64,000 nt of DNA from a virus (IMGVR_UViG_3300014204_000120:73850-137849); one strand, 5' to 3'. Positions 29,258 through 39,643 are shown, counted from the stretch's first letter. Numbers and translations: made by a program. The notes: generated by a model from the letters alone, not told the origin.

Positions 29258-29258
29258 A

Positions 29259-29762
29259 ATGGATAGTAAATTAAATAATAGAATATACGAAGCTTTTCCT
29301 GAATTTTTTAAACATAAAGATAATATTCAAGTTAGTTTAATGGGTTGGGGTTGTGAATGTTCTGACGGCTGGTTTGATATTATATGGGAATTATTAACTA
29401 GTATTTATTTAACTATAGATGATAAAGACGAGTTTGAACTATTACAGATTAAAGAAAAATATGGGACCTTAAGAGTGTATTTTGATTTTGAATCTAATGA
29501 AATAAAATATAATTTACCTTATAAATTTAATCAAATAACAAAGTATAAGGTGCAAAGAGTATTTGATTATGTTAGACATTTATTAGGAATATATACAAAA
29601 TATGAAATAATTAATCATAATGTAGATACTGCTGAAATATTAAGCGCACATACATGTGAAGTATGTGGTGATGATGGTGAAACAAGATGGGATTTAGGTT
29701 GGATAAAGACTTTATGTGACACGCATTATAAAGAAGAGTTAGCCCGAACAGGTCGGGGATAG
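29259..29762 (+). CDS. Conserved phage hypothetical protein (Zn-binding)
   Basis: EC.DGW, QIKEKYG.LR.Y, TCEVCG..G, GWI.TLC..H; probable ATG at 29259. Confidence 0.65.
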   Translation: MDSKLNNRIYEAFPEFFKHKDNIQVSLMGWGCECSDGWFDIIWELLTSIYLTIDDKDEFELLQIKEKYGTLRVYFDFESNEIKYNLPYKFNQITKYKVQRVFDYVRHLLGIYTKYEIINHNVDTAEILSAHTCEVCGDDGETRWDLGWIKTLCDTHYKEELARTGRG

Positions 29763-29790
29763 TTGTAATCTTTAACAAGAGGAGGTCATA

Positions 29791-29937
29791 ATGACCCGGA
29801 AGTTGACGCCTAAGCAACAGGCAAAGAGAGATGTACGTATTCGTAAGATGTATAGCACTGGTCATTTCAGTGTTCGTTCACTTGCGAATAGGATTGGTCT
29901 TTCAAAGACTCGGATCCATGAAATCGTTGCTTATTGA
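29791..29937 (+). CDS. 48-aa helix-turn-helix protein (below the track cutoff)
   Basis: RBS gaggagg; MTRKLTPKQQAKRDVRIRKMYSTGHFSVRSLANRIGLSKTRIHEIVAY; followed by a terminator. Confidence 0.75.
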   Translation: MTRKLTPKQQAKRDVRIRKMYSTGHFSVRSLANRIGLSKTRIHEIVAY

Positions 29938-29955
29938 TTAATGGATTTATGACTG

Positions 29956-29987
29956 AAAGTAGGGCCCTGAAAAGGGTCCTACTTTTT
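29956..29987 (+). terminator. Rho-independent terminator
   Basis: aaagtagggccct-gaaa-agggtcctacttttt. Confidence 0.85.
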
Positions 29988-30003
29988 AGAAAGGATTAAT
30001 ATT

Positions 30004-30738
30004 GTGAGCTTAAAAAAGATTAAACAAGAAGTATCATTATCAGTTAGAGAAATTGCTGATGCTTTAGGCGCAAACAAAATTGTTCCTAATGTTATTAAAC
30101 ACAAATCCAAAAGTAAATTAAATTTTTATCCTTTTAATCATAAAGATTGTATACTGATAAAAGACAATAAAGCAATTTTATCGTGTGATAGTCATTTATG
30201 CGGTTATGTAGCATTACCAGTTGATCAAGTTCCTGTTGAATGGTATGGTGAGTATAATGCAGATGCTTTACAATATTTAAATATTCATGGTGGAATAACT
30301 TTCTGTGAAGTCTATAGTAATGATATTGGTTATAAATATTTTGAAAGTAAAGCTGTTGAAGAAATTAATGGAATTCAAGAAACTGATTTTATGAAACGAA
30401 TGGATTTAAGAAAAGAAATTATTCAAAAATATAATAAAGAAATTGTTAAGTTAAATGATTCATATATAGTTTTTGGATTTGACTGTAATCATTATAGAGA
30501 TGAAAATAATGCGGAATTAAAAGATATTAATTATGTTATGCTATTAACGCAAGATATGGAAGATCAATTACTTACTTATTCTAAATCAATTGATATATGG
30601 CGACAAGCTAATAAAGAAGAAAAAATAAAATTAATGGATGTTATTAGAGAAAGATCTATTGTTAAAGAAGAACTTGGTTTTGGTGCAATGATTGGAATAT
30701 TAGGCGGCGCTAAGGAATTTAAAAACGAAAATGAATAA
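30004..30738 (+). CDS. Conserved phage hypothetical protein
   Basis: HLCGYVALP...IHGGITF...FGFDCNH. Confidence 0.65.
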   Translation: MSLKKIKQEVSLSVREIADALGANKIVPNVIKHKSKSKLNFYPFNHKDCILIKDNKAILSCDSHLCGYVALPVDQVPVEWYGEYNADALQYLNIHGGITFCEVYSNDIGYKYFESKAVEEINGIQETDFMKRMDLRKEIIQKYNKEIVKLNDSYIVFGFDCNHYRDENNAELKDINYVMLLTQDMEDQLLTYSKSIDIWRQANKEEKIKLMDVIRERSIVKEELGFGAMIGILGGAKEFKNENE

Positions 30739-31003
30739 AAAAGAAACTAAAGAAGAATTTATTAAAATACTGTTTAAACCTTTAGTCGAACTAACCCAAA
30801 TTCCAAATAAAAAATTGGCTTATAAGATCAATTATATTATTAGAAAATTAATTGACGGAACTCTTGATTTTGTTAATGCAATGAATTATATTGATAATAA
30901 TATGAAAAGTGCCAAAGAAAAGCCAGATGTAGTTATTTGGGGTAAAGTCGCGCAAATAGTTAAAAATTACTTTAATACTATTAATGCAAGGAAGGTTAAA
31001 TGA
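30731..31003 (+). CDS. Hypothetical protein
   Basis: Overlaps both neighbours. Confidence 0.5.
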   Translation: MNKKETKEEFIKILFKPLVELTQIPNKKLAYKINYIIRKLIDGTLDFVNAMNYIDNNMKSAKEKPDVVIWGKVAQIVKNYFNTINARKVK

Positions 31004-31569
31004 ATAACGTATTTGTAGACGTTGATACTTTAGTTGATTTTTTTGAAGGTGGAGCATTACCTGTACCAAATGCAAATTCAATTAAACCGGCTTTAGCAAA
31101 GATAACTAAACTTGCTAAAGACGATAAAATTCAAGTAATAAAGTTTAATGATGAACACGATGGCAGTGAACCGGAAATGAATTGTAATGGTGGTACTTTT
31201 CCATTACATTGTATTAAAGATTCTAGTGGCGCAGCTGGTATCATTGAAACAGCTAATAAAAGAGCAATTATATTTCCTAAGCAGACATATGATGTATTTG
31301 ATTCAAAATTAGGTAATAAAAAAGTCGCTTCTTGGTTAATGGAAAATCGCGTAACTGATGCTTATGTTTATGGTATAGTTGGAAATATTTGTGTAGAATC
31401 AGCTGTTATGGGGCTTATTAAGTTAGGTATAAATGTTAATGTGTTTGAAAATGCTGTTGTTTGGATGGATTTAGAAAACGGAATTTTATGTAAAGGAATA
31501 GATAATCAATATGAATCTATGAAACGTATGAAAAAAGCAGGAGCCCATTTTGCTATAGCTAGACTTTAA
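31000..31569 (+). CDS. pncA: Nicotinamidase
   Basis: VDVD..VDF..GGALPVP.A, DEH, FPLHC, K..Y..F, G...NICV (Asp/Lys/Cys triad and metal ligands). Confidence 0.85.
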   Translation: MNNVFVDVDTLVDFFEGGALPVPNANSIKPALAKITKLAKDDKIQVIKFNDEHDGSEPEMNCNGGTFPLHCIKDSSGAAGIIETANKRAIIFPKQTYDVFDSKLGNKKVASWLMENRVTDAYVYGIVGNICVESAVMGLIKLGINVNVFENAVVWMDLENGILCKGIDNQYESMKRMKKAGAHFAIARL

Positions 31570-31581
31570 AAAGGAATATAA

Positions 31582-32475
31582 ATGAAAAATTGTGAATTGG
31601 TTATAGAAACTATTCAGAATGAGTTAAAGTCTTATATTCAAAGTCATGATTTAAAGAGTTTAGTTTTAGGGGTGTCTGGTGGTATTGATTCTACATTATG
31701 TGCTGCTTTAGCTAGACCAGTATGTGATAGTTTAAATATTCCTCTTATCGGTCGAAGTATTCCTATTATTTCAAATAAACAGAACGAAATTGATAGAGCT
31801 AAGGCTATTGGTAATTTATATTGTCATAATTTTAAAGAAGTAAGTTTTAATGCAACATTTACAGGATTACAAAATTATATATTAGAGGTTGAAGGCATAC
31901 ATGATAAAATATCTGATGGCAATATTAAAGCTAGACTTCGTATGATATATCTTTATAACATTGCAGGATTAAATAAAGGTATGGTTCTTAGTACAGATAA
32001 TTATACAGAATATATGCTTGGTTATTGGACCATATGCGGCGATGTTGGGGATTATGAACTGATTAAGGCTTTATGGAAAACTGATGTATATGATTTAGCA
32101 AGACATATAATGAATAATTCATTAATACAAACTAAAGATTCGTGGAAATCAGAAGCTTTAAATGCTTGTATTCATGCTACACCAACAGCAGGATTAGGAG
32201 TTACTAATAGTGATTTAGATGAACTTGGTGCTGATTCATATGAAGAAGTAGATAAGATATTGAAAACTTGGCTAACAACAGATGCAGATTGTTTTTGTTG
32301 GGATGATTATTTATATTGGGATGGTAGACCTGAAAAATATGAAGATTTTGTAACTTATCGTCAAACATTTAAAGATCATCCTGTTGTTCAAAGGTATATT
32401 AAATCAATGTTTAAAAGAGAAATTCCTATAAGTAATTCTAGAGCTATATCTCGTTTAAGTAACATTTGGGTATAA
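31582..32475 (+). CDS. nadE: NH3-dependent NAD+ synthetase
   Basis: LGVSGGIDS, GNIKARLRM, STDNYTE...GYWT..GD, KTDVY.LA, PTAGL; no glutaminase domain. Confidence 0.92.
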   Translation: MKNCELVIETIQNELKSYIQSHDLKSLVLGVSGGIDSTLCAALARPVCDSLNIPLIGRSIPIISNKQNEIDRAKAIGNLYCHNFKEVSFNATFTGLQNYILEVEGIHDKISDGNIKARLRMIYLYNIAGLNKGMVLSTDNYTEYMLGYWTICGDVGDYELIKALWKTDVYDLARHIMNNSLIQTKDSWKSEALNACIHATPTAGLGVTNSDLDELGADSYEEVDKILKTWLTTDADCFCWDDYLYWDGRPEKYEDFVTYRQTFKDHPVVQRYIKSMFKREIPISNSRAISRLSNIWV

Positions 32476-32506
32476 AACGACTCATACATTAAAAATATGG
32501 CCAGAA

Positions 32507-32737
32507 ATGTTTAAAGATGTAGTTTCTGGTATTAAAACATTTGAATATCGTAAGAATGATAGAGATTATAAAGTTAATGATATATTAGAATTGTGTGAAT
32601 GGGATCCTGCAACTAATGATTTTACTGATGATAGATTTTATGTTGTTGTTACTTATATTATTAAAGGTGGAAGTTTTGGTATTCCAGAAGATTATTGTAT
32701 TATGAGTATTGTACCTGAAGATGAGGATTTGGAATAA
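32507..32737 (+). CDS. ASCH/DUF3850-like protein
   Basis: G.KTFEYRKNDRDYKVND.L.L.EW; conserved HTLKIWPE is in frame upstream but has no start codon. Confidence 0.75.
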   Translation: MFKDVVSGIKTFEYRKNDRDYKVNDILELCEWDPATNDFTDDRFYVVVTYIIKGGSFGIPEDYCIMSIVPEDEDLE

Positions 32738-32740
32738 TAA

Positions 32741-33376
32741 ATGAGAATAGGTGTATTTGGTGGGTCTTTTGATCCGCCGCATAAAACTCACTTAAATATT
32801 GTACAAGATGTATTACTTCAAGATTTAGTAGATCAAGTTATCGTTATACCTTCATATATTAGAGAAGATAAAACTAATGTTATAGGACCGGAACATAGAT
32901 TAAATATGTGTAAGTTATGTTTTGGTCATATTAAAAATGTAATAGTTTCGTCTTTAGAAATTGATAACAAGTTAAATGGTAAATCACTTTCAACTTTTGA
33001 GTTTATATTAAAAGATGAAAGAATTAATAGTTTTGTTGAAAGCCGGGATAAAAACCAGTATTATAATATTGTTGGTGCAGATTGTATAAAGAACATTAAG
33101 ACTTGGTGGAATTGGGAAAAGTTAATTGAAACTATTCCTTTTATAGTTTATCAAAGACCAACTTATTCTTTTTTAAATGAAGAAGAAATTGAAATAGCTA
33201 ATATGTTTAAAACTTCACATCATCAAACGGTTCAAAGTAATATTATATATGATCATATAAGTTCAACAACTATTAGGTATAATATAATTCATAAACCAGA
33301 ATATGCTAAAAATATGGTAATAGATAATGTGTGGAACTATATTATTAAACATCAACTTTATGGAGCTAAGTTGTGA
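32741..33376 (+). CDS. nadD: Nicotinate-nucleotide adenylyltransferase
   Basis: GGSFDPPHKTH, HRLNM, IVGAD....I.TWWNWEKL, ISSTTIR. Confidence 0.9.
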   Translation: MRIGVFGGSFDPPHKTHLNIVQDVLLQDLVDQVIVIPSYIREDKTNVIGPEHRLNMCKLCFGHIKNVIVSSLEIDNKLNGKSLSTFEFILKDERINSFVESRDKNQYYNIVGADCIKNIKTWWNWEKLIETIPFIVYQRPTYSFLNEEEIEIANMFKTSHHQTVQSNIIYDHISSTTIRYNIIHKPEYAKNMVIDNVWNYIIKHQLYGAKL

Positions 33377-33720
33377 ACATTTTTGTATTAGAAGATGATG
33401 AGCAAAGGAAAACGGCTTTTAAAAGAAAGTTTATTGGTCATAATATTACTATAATTGATAATATTAAAGAAGCTATTAATATATTATCAACTAATATAGC
33501 ATTTGATATGATATTTTTAGATCATGATTTAGGCGGTGAAGTATATGTTAATTCAGAAAATGAAAATACAGGTTATCAGTTAGCTAAGTGGATAAGTCAA
33601 CAGAAAAAAATATTAAAAGAATCTATAATAATAGTTCATTCTTTAAATCAAGTAGGTGCGCAAAATATTAAAGCTGTATTACCTAATGCTTGGTTACAGC
33701 CGTTTGCTTGGAAAGAATAA
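33373..33720 (+). CDS. Cyclic-phosphate-processing receiver domain protein
   Basis: LEDD..R, IFLDHDLG, TGY....W, IVHS.N..GA. Confidence 0.75.
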   Translation: MNIFVLEDDEQRKTAFKRKFIGHNITIIDNIKEAINILSTNIAFDMIFLDHDLGGEVYVNSENENTGYQLAKWISQQKKILKESIIIVHSLNQVGAQNIKAVLPNAWLQPFAWKE

Positions 33721-33734
33721 AGAAAGGATAAGCA

Positions 33735-34973
33735 ATGATTTGGTGGGCTTTAATAATTCCTCTTGTAGCCGTAATATCTCTTTTAACAAGTAAAAAAATA
33801 GTCTTATGGGAATATTTAATACTATTTGGTATACCTAGTGTTGCTATAGTTATAACCTATTTTATATCATTAAGTGCTAGACAAATTGATACGGAATATT
33901 GGAACGGTTATGTAAACTCTGCTATTTATTATCAATCATGGCAAACATGGGATCGGGAAACTTGTTATAAGAATGTTAATTGTCATGAAGTTTGTACTGG
34001 GTCTGATGAAAATAAGATATGTTCTGAACATTGTGATAGAGTTGCATATGATTGCTCTCATTGTGATAATTATCCTGAAGAATGGGAAGCTTCAGATAAT
34101 TTAGGTAATGAATGGAGAATTACGTCAGCTACATACGAAACTTGGGCTAATATGTGGCATAATAAGGTTTTTGTAGAATTAAATAGACATATTGAGTTTA
34201 ATACTGGCCTTTTTGGTGGTTGTGGTAAAGATGGTGATGCATATCGTGTAACTTATAATAATGATACTAATAAAATTATACCTGTTGTTATAGGTAAGCA
34301 TTATATTAATAAAGTTCAAACAACATATAAAGAATTAGATACATCTATTATAAATGAATATGAATTGTTTAATTATCCAATATATGATAGATTTAATTAT
34401 AATCCTGTATTAGGTATTAATGATTTTAAGGTTTCAAAAAGATTGGCTAATTGGAACGCTATACTTGGTAAAAGCAAACAAGTTCATATGTTGCTTTTAG
34501 TATTTCATAATAAGACTATTGAGGCTGCTGAATATCAAGAAAAGTATTGGAGGGGTGGAAATAAGAATGAATTTATATTAACTGTAGGTGTTAATAAAGT
34601 ATGCGAATGGGATTCTACTCTGCCAGGAATAAGTTGCGGTGATATTATACAATGGGCCAAAGTTATATCATTTACAGATCAACGTGGGCTTAAAAGTAAA
34701 ATTGAAAGTATTGTTTCTAATATGAAAAACAATATTGATTATAAAGCTATAGTTGATACAATGGCTATTAATGTGTCTAAAAGCTTTATACGTAAGGATT
34801 GGGATTATTATGATAGTATAAGTGTTCAGCCTTCTAAAACAGCCATTATTATAACTTATATCATTACATTTATATTTACTGGTGGAATTGTTTTGTTTGT
34901 TTTATTTAATGATATAAACAGAACTGATTTTAAAGAGGAAGAAGAATGGAAATACAAACAACTGAAACTTTAA
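33735..34973 (+). CDS. Membrane protein with large Cys-rich extracytoplasmic domain
   Basis: Two N-terminal and one C-terminal hydrophobic segments; DTEYW.G; W.GGNKNE. Confidence 0.65.
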   Translation: MIWWALIIPLVAVISLLTSKKIVLWEYLILFGIPSVAIVITYFISLSARQIDTEYWNGYVNSAIYYQSWQTWDRETCYKNVNCHEVCTGSDENKICSEHCDRVAYDCSHCDNYPEEWEASDNLGNEWRITSATYETWANMWHNKVFVELNRHIEFNTGLFGGCGKDGDAYRVTYNNDTNKIIPVVIGKHYINKVQTTYKELDTSIINEYELFNYPIYDRFNYNPVLGINDFKVSKRLANWNAILGKSKQVHMLLLVFHNKTIEAAEYQEKYWRGGNKNEFILTVGVNKVCEWDSTLPGISCGDIIQWAKVISFTDQRGLKSKIESIVSNMKNNIDYKAIVDTMAINVSKSFIRKDWDYYDSISVQPSKTAIIITYIITFIFTGGIVLFVLFNDINRTDFKEEEEWKYKQLKL

Positions 34974-35509
34974 TTAAAACTAAGTGGTTGCATTTAAAAG
35001 CAACGGAATTTTTAGATAAAGAAGGTAAATCTAACTTTTGGGTATGGGTTCAAAGGCCTAATAAACAAAAAGCTATCATGATCATACCTAAGATTGTTGA
35101 TAAGGTATTAGGTGATAAGTTAGTTTTAATTAAAGAAAAACGAATTCCAATAGGCTTTTATGATAGAAATTATTATGAATGGGGTTTCCCGGCTGGCTTA
35201 GTTAATGATAAAGAAGATATAATTGATGCTGCTAAACGTGAACTTAAAGAAGAAGTTGGATTAACCTTAAATAAAGTAATTAAAATTAGCCCGTTTGTGT
35301 ATAATTCAGCCGGTTTGACAGATGAATCAATATCTATGGTATTTTGCGAAGCTATTGGTGAAATAACTAATAAAAACAATGAATCTACAGAAGATATTGA
35401 ACCAGTGATATTATCTAAGCCTGAAATCAGTAAATTATTAAATGATTCAACACAAAAATTTGCAGCTAAGGCTTGGATAATATTAAATAACTTTGTAGAA
35501 ACTATTTAA
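34946..35509 (+). CDS. NUDIX hydrolase, ADP-ribose pyrophosphatase-like
   Basis: E.R.P, FPAGL......AAKRELKEEVG, SAGLTDE, E.TEDIE. Confidence 0.8.
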   Translation: MEIQTTETLIKTKWLHLKATEFLDKEGKSNFWVWVQRPNKQKAIMIIPKIVDKVLGDKLVLIKEKRIPIGFYDRNYYEWGFPAGLVNDKEDIIDAAKRELKEEVGLTLNKVIKISPFVYNSAGLTDESISMVFCEAIGEITNKNNESTEDIEPVILSKPEISKLLNDSTQKFAAKAWIILNNFVETI

Positions 35510-35525
35510 ACGAAAGGAAATAGAT

Positions 35526-36416
35526 ATGGATAATAAGTATAGTTATGGATCCGTTGAATATAAACTAAACGAAGCTAAAGAAAATATAGACAAGATATTA
35601 CAAGATATAGTTGAAACTAAGGCTAAATTAGCTGCTGATATTGGTCCGGCTAAACCAATTACCCCCAGTAATTGTATGGGTCTATTAAAAAGTTCATTAG
35701 AATATTATTATCCTTCTTCTTCATATTGGGGTTTTAATAAAGATAATGAAGATCATATTAATACTTGTTGTAATAAAGCTGTTCAACATGCTAATGAGTT
35801 ATTATGTCAATCAAAAACAAAACACGAGGAAAATCTTCAAAACTTAGAGTATAATCTTAAAATAAAAACAAATTTAGTTAATATTATGAAATTAGCAGGC
35901 ATATCAGAAAGATATACTACATACGAATATAAAAGTAATAGATCTAGAAGTAAAGCTGAGGTAGGTCATATTGCAGGCTATATATCTGATTTAAATAGAA
36001 CGTTTGTTACTTCAGATGATTACGATGGAGTTGTTAATAGTTATAATAATTTTATTAAAAGATTAGACGAATGGAAAAATACGTTGTTGAAAAATATTGA
36101 ATTTAAAAAACAAGAAACTGAAAAACAAGACCTATATATCCGTAAAATTGCTAAAGCACAAACATTAGCTGAAAAATATAATATAACTGAATATAAAACT
36201 AATGAGGAATTAATAAGTCAAGTTAATGAAGTAATGAAAAAAGAATATATTAAAGAAAATTATCCTGATGGAACATCCTTAGACATTAAATGCTGTGATA
36301 GTTGTAGTACTTGGGTTGTTGGTGAGCATAGATGTTCTTGCGGTAATAGAAGAATAGATTTGAGTACAGAAGGTGATTTCTTTGAGGGATTTAATGCTTA
36401 TCCAGAAGCATATTAG
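35526..36416 (+). CDS. Phage hypothetical protein with C-terminal Zn motif
   Basis: CDSC..W....RCSCGNRR. Confidence 0.6.
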   Translation: MDNKYSYGSVEYKLNEAKENIDKILQDIVETKAKLAADIGPAKPITPSNCMGLLKSSLEYYYPSSSYWGFNKDNEDHINTCCNKAVQHANELLCQSKTKHEENLQNLEYNLKIKTNLVNIMKLAGISERYTTYEYKSNRSRSKAEVGHIAGYISDLNRTFVTSDDYDGVVNSYNNFIKRLDEWKNTLLKNIEFKKQETEKQDLYIRKIAKAQTLAEKYNITEYKTNEELISQVNEVMKKEYIKENYPDGTSLDIKCCDSCSTWVVGEHRCSCGNRRIDLSTEGDFFEGFNAYPEAY

Positions 36417-36422
36417 ACTCTA

Positions 36423-36452
36423 TTGACATTTTAATGAACAATGATGTATATT
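36423..36452 (+). promoter_or_regulatory. Sigma70-type promoter with TGATG before the -10
   Basis: TTGACA(36423)-N18-TATATT(36447). Confidence 0.65.
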
Positions 36453-36474
36453 ATATCTAATGGAGTTCAATGTA

Positions 36475-37305
36475 ATGAAGTTGGTTGATTTTAAAAACAA
36501 AGATAGATTGCATGTTTATGATAGATCAATAAATTATCAACTTCAAGATAAAACAATGATATTTATGACTTTTATGATAGATTCTTTTAATACACCACCA
36601 GAACTTTCAAATTATGTTTGGAAAGTTCGAAATATATTTATGCAGATTATTTGGAAATTAAAGGATCAATTAAATGAAACTATTTCATATAAATCATAGA
36701 GATTTATTAAGTGTTCAAATTTATAAAACAATTCAACCAGAAAAAATTGCACAATTAAATCATATTATTAAAGAACTTAGTTTTTCCTATTATGTTGATA
36801 ATATTAGTGCAGCACAATCTATGTGGAATTTAAATAGAATTCATAATAAAGATTTGATGTATGATGAAATAATGAGTAAATTAAATGAAAAAATTAGTTG
36901 ATATAAAAGTATATGATTTTAAAAATATGTTTGATAATTATTGTGATGATATTGATCTAAAAATTGATATACATTGTAATTCATTTGTTAATCATGGTGT
37001 ATATTCTGATTTGTGGTATTTAGTTAGAAGACCTGTTCGATTTTGTATTAAAACGCATACTAGAAATTTAATTCTTTCTGAGTTGAGTGGAATATTTAAT
37101 GGAATTAAATAATATAAAAAGCGAAATAGATATGGAAATAGGACTTCTTTCTGCAAATAAAGTAGATAAAATGATGTACTCTACAATAAGTCATGAAAAT
37201 TATTCAATGGCTTTTAGACTATTATTTAAAATAAATATTTTAACTCAATTACATTTTGACCTAACAGAACAAATAAATGAACAAACAGAAAAAAATATCG
37301 TTTGA
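36475..37305 (+). repeat. Satellite cluster of four small overlapping MKL-family ORFs (36475-36699, 36674-36901, 36885-37112, 37099-37305)
   Basis: Starts MKLVDF, MKLFHI, MKKLVDI, MELNNI; ends [LI]NE...; same junctions as the 57874-64000 array. Confidence 0.65.
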
Positions 37306-37540
37306 TTATACTGATAATAATAAAAATTGTTATAAAACATCTCATTGGCGAGGGTGTTGTTGTGAGTGTATTAATCATGGATTAGTACATAAGCATTGTT
37401 TTCATTCACAGAGAAAGAAAAAAGAAGGTTGTGTATGTGATAAATCTTTAAATTTTTATGTATGTACTACGTTTGGACCGAGATTTAATTTATCAGGTAA
37501 GCATGGTTATTGTGAAATGTTTCAAAGAAGGAAAAAATAA
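37277..37540 (+). CDS. Cys/His-rich hypothetical protein
   Basis: GCCCEC.NH...HC.H...C.C...C...HGYCEMF. Confidence 0.55.
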   Translation: MNKQKKISFDYTDNNKNCYKTSHWRGCCCECINHGLVHKHCFHSQRKKKEGCVCDKSLNFYVCTTFGPRFNLSGKHGYCEMFQRRKK

Positions 37541-37545
37541 TAAAC

Positions 37546-38718
37546 ATGATAATTAATAGCCTGCTATCTCAAGACGTTTATAAACTAACAATGCTTCAAT
37601 TTTTTTATTATAAATTTCGTTATACTAGTGCTAAATATCGTTTTAAATGTAGAAATAAAGGTATTAATTTATTAGATTATAAAGACGAAATATATAAAGA
37701 AATAGAATATCTTTGCACTTTAAATTATACAGATGAAGAATTAACTTATCTAGAATCTTTAGGATACTTTAAACCAGAGTTTTTAAACTATCTTAAAACA
37801 TATCAATTAAGCACTGTTGATATTAATTTGGCGGAAAAAGATAAGAACTTAGATATAATGATGTATGGATTGTTAGTTGATACTTCTCCATTTGAAATAT
37901 TTGTACTAAAGATTGTACACGAAATCTATACTAGAAAAGTTAATCTTTCACTGAGTGGATTAGAATTAGACGAAGGTAGAAAAAGACTTAATAAAAAAAT
38001 AAATGATTTTAAAGAATTTACTAAAAATGAAGGATATAAGCCTAATGTGATTGATTTCGGTGGTAGAAGAGCTTTTACAACCAAGTATCATGAGTTTGTT
38101 GTTAAAACTTTAAAAGATAATGATATAATAACAGGAACAAGTGATATAGATTTAGCTAGACGATATAATTTAATGCCTGTTGGAACTATGGCTCATGAAT
38201 TTATACAAACATATCAATCTGTTGTAGATCCTTTACAAAGTCAGTCTAAAGCTTTATATGAATGGATTAACTTTTATGATGGTAAGTTGGGAATTGCTTT
38301 AAGTGATACTTTAGGCGATAAAAAGTTTTTAATGGATTTTAATTATGAGTTGGCTAATAGATATAGTGGAGTTCGACATGATTCAGGTGATCCAATTGTG
38401 TGGGGTGATATGATGTTAAAGCATTATTATAGTTTTGGTATTGATCCTAAAGAAAAGACTTTGGTATTTAGTGATGGATTAGACTTCCCAACAATGTTTA
38501 AATTAGCTAAATACTTTAAAGATAAAGTTAAGATTTCGTTTGGTATAGGAACAAATTTAACTAATGATTTAGGTGTACCAGCACTACAAAATGTTATTAA
38601 GCAGATTGAATGTAATTGGAAACCTACAGCAAAGCTTAGTAATAACCCTGATAAAACTATGTGTGAAGATTTTGACTATTTAGAATGTTTGAAGAAGAAA
38701 TTAAATGATGAAGTTTAA
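37546..38718 (+). CDS. pncB: Nicotinate phosphoribosyltransferase
   Basis: DVYKLTM.Q, DFGGRR.F, GTMAHE, LSDT, GVRHDSGDP, KTLVFSDGLD, FGIGTNLTND, AKLS.NP.K.MC (E. coli PncB-type). Confidence 0.92.
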   Translation: MIINSLLSQDVYKLTMLQFFYYKFRYTSAKYRFKCRNKGINLLDYKDEIYKEIEYLCTLNYTDEELTYLESLGYFKPEFLNYLKTYQLSTVDINLAEKDKNLDIMMYGLLVDTSPFEIFVLKIVHEIYTRKVNLSLSGLELDEGRKRLNKKINDFKEFTKNEGYKPNVIDFGGRRAFTTKYHEFVVKTLKDNDIITGTSDIDLARRYNLMPVGTMAHEFIQTYQSVVDPLQSQSKALYEWINFYDGKLGIALSDTLGDKKFLMDFNYELANRYSGVRHDSGDPIVWGDMMLKHYYSFGIDPKEKTLVFSDGLDFPTMFKLAKYFKDKVKISFGIGTNLTNDLGVPALQNVIKQIECNWKPTAKLSNNPDKTMCEDFDYLECLKKKLNDEV

Positions 38719-39643
38719 TTTTAATACAAACCATTATATTAAGGTAGTATCTGCGCGTAAAGAAGCAGGATTACCAGTTGAGAACCGTAATATTATGGTT
38801 GAAAGTAATCTAATTGGTAAAAAGGTAATATCTACTTTAAGCAATGAGACTTTTACTGTTCAAGCCGTGCATAGGTTATGGAAAAACGGTTGGTATGAAA
38901 TGTTGTTGTTAGTTAATAAAGTCGGAAGTCATTCGATGGCTGTATGGAAGATTTTTAATTGTAATGATCAATGTATAGAAAACTTATGTAAAAAAAGTCA
39001 TACTAATTGGAAAATACTAAGTCATGAACCAATGGAAAGATAATAGAAATAAAATAAAACATATTAAAATAATTCATTACTGTTGCTGCTGTTATAAACG
39101 TATTGAAACCTATTGGGATGAACAAGGATTACTTCAAGGTAAATGGAAAACGTTTGAAGCGATACCAAGTGAGTTATTAAATTGTTATGTTGCAGATCCA
39201 AAACTTATATTATGTAATCAATGCTACGGAACAGGTGAATGGAAAAAGAAAGGAAAAGGAAAATGTGCTTAGACTCATTTAAAACACGTAATAATACTTG
39301 TGATGTTGGTTATGGGTGGAAGATTTTTAACGAACGTAAAAATAGACAAATAAGATTTAGATATAGAAAACACGAGGGGAATTTTATAGTACCTATTAAT
39401 AAATGGTTGAAGATTAAATCTAAATCATATATTGATTCGTGGGGCGGAAAGTATCATACTGGTTTTCATATTTATACAGATTATAATGAAGCTAAAAAGA
39501 TATTTTCATTTATTTCGTTTGACAAAAATTGTATTATAAGGAAGGTTGCATTTAAAGGAGTCTATGCTATAGGTAGAGATTCTGGTGTGAAAGTTATAGT
39601 AGCCAGAGAAATGTTTGTATTACCTAAGAAGGAAAATGAATGA
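38705..39643 (+). other. Three coupled hypothetical ORFs (38705-39043, 39024-39272, ~39263-39643)
   Basis: Overlapping + strand ORFs with no recognisable family. Confidence 0.45.

Noticed and set aside
37546-38718. Nampt/NadV (NARP2) assignment
   Set aside because: The motifs (GTMAHE, RHDSGDP, FSDGLD, FGIGT, AKLS) fit PncB, and PncA plus NadE only make sense in a deamidated route
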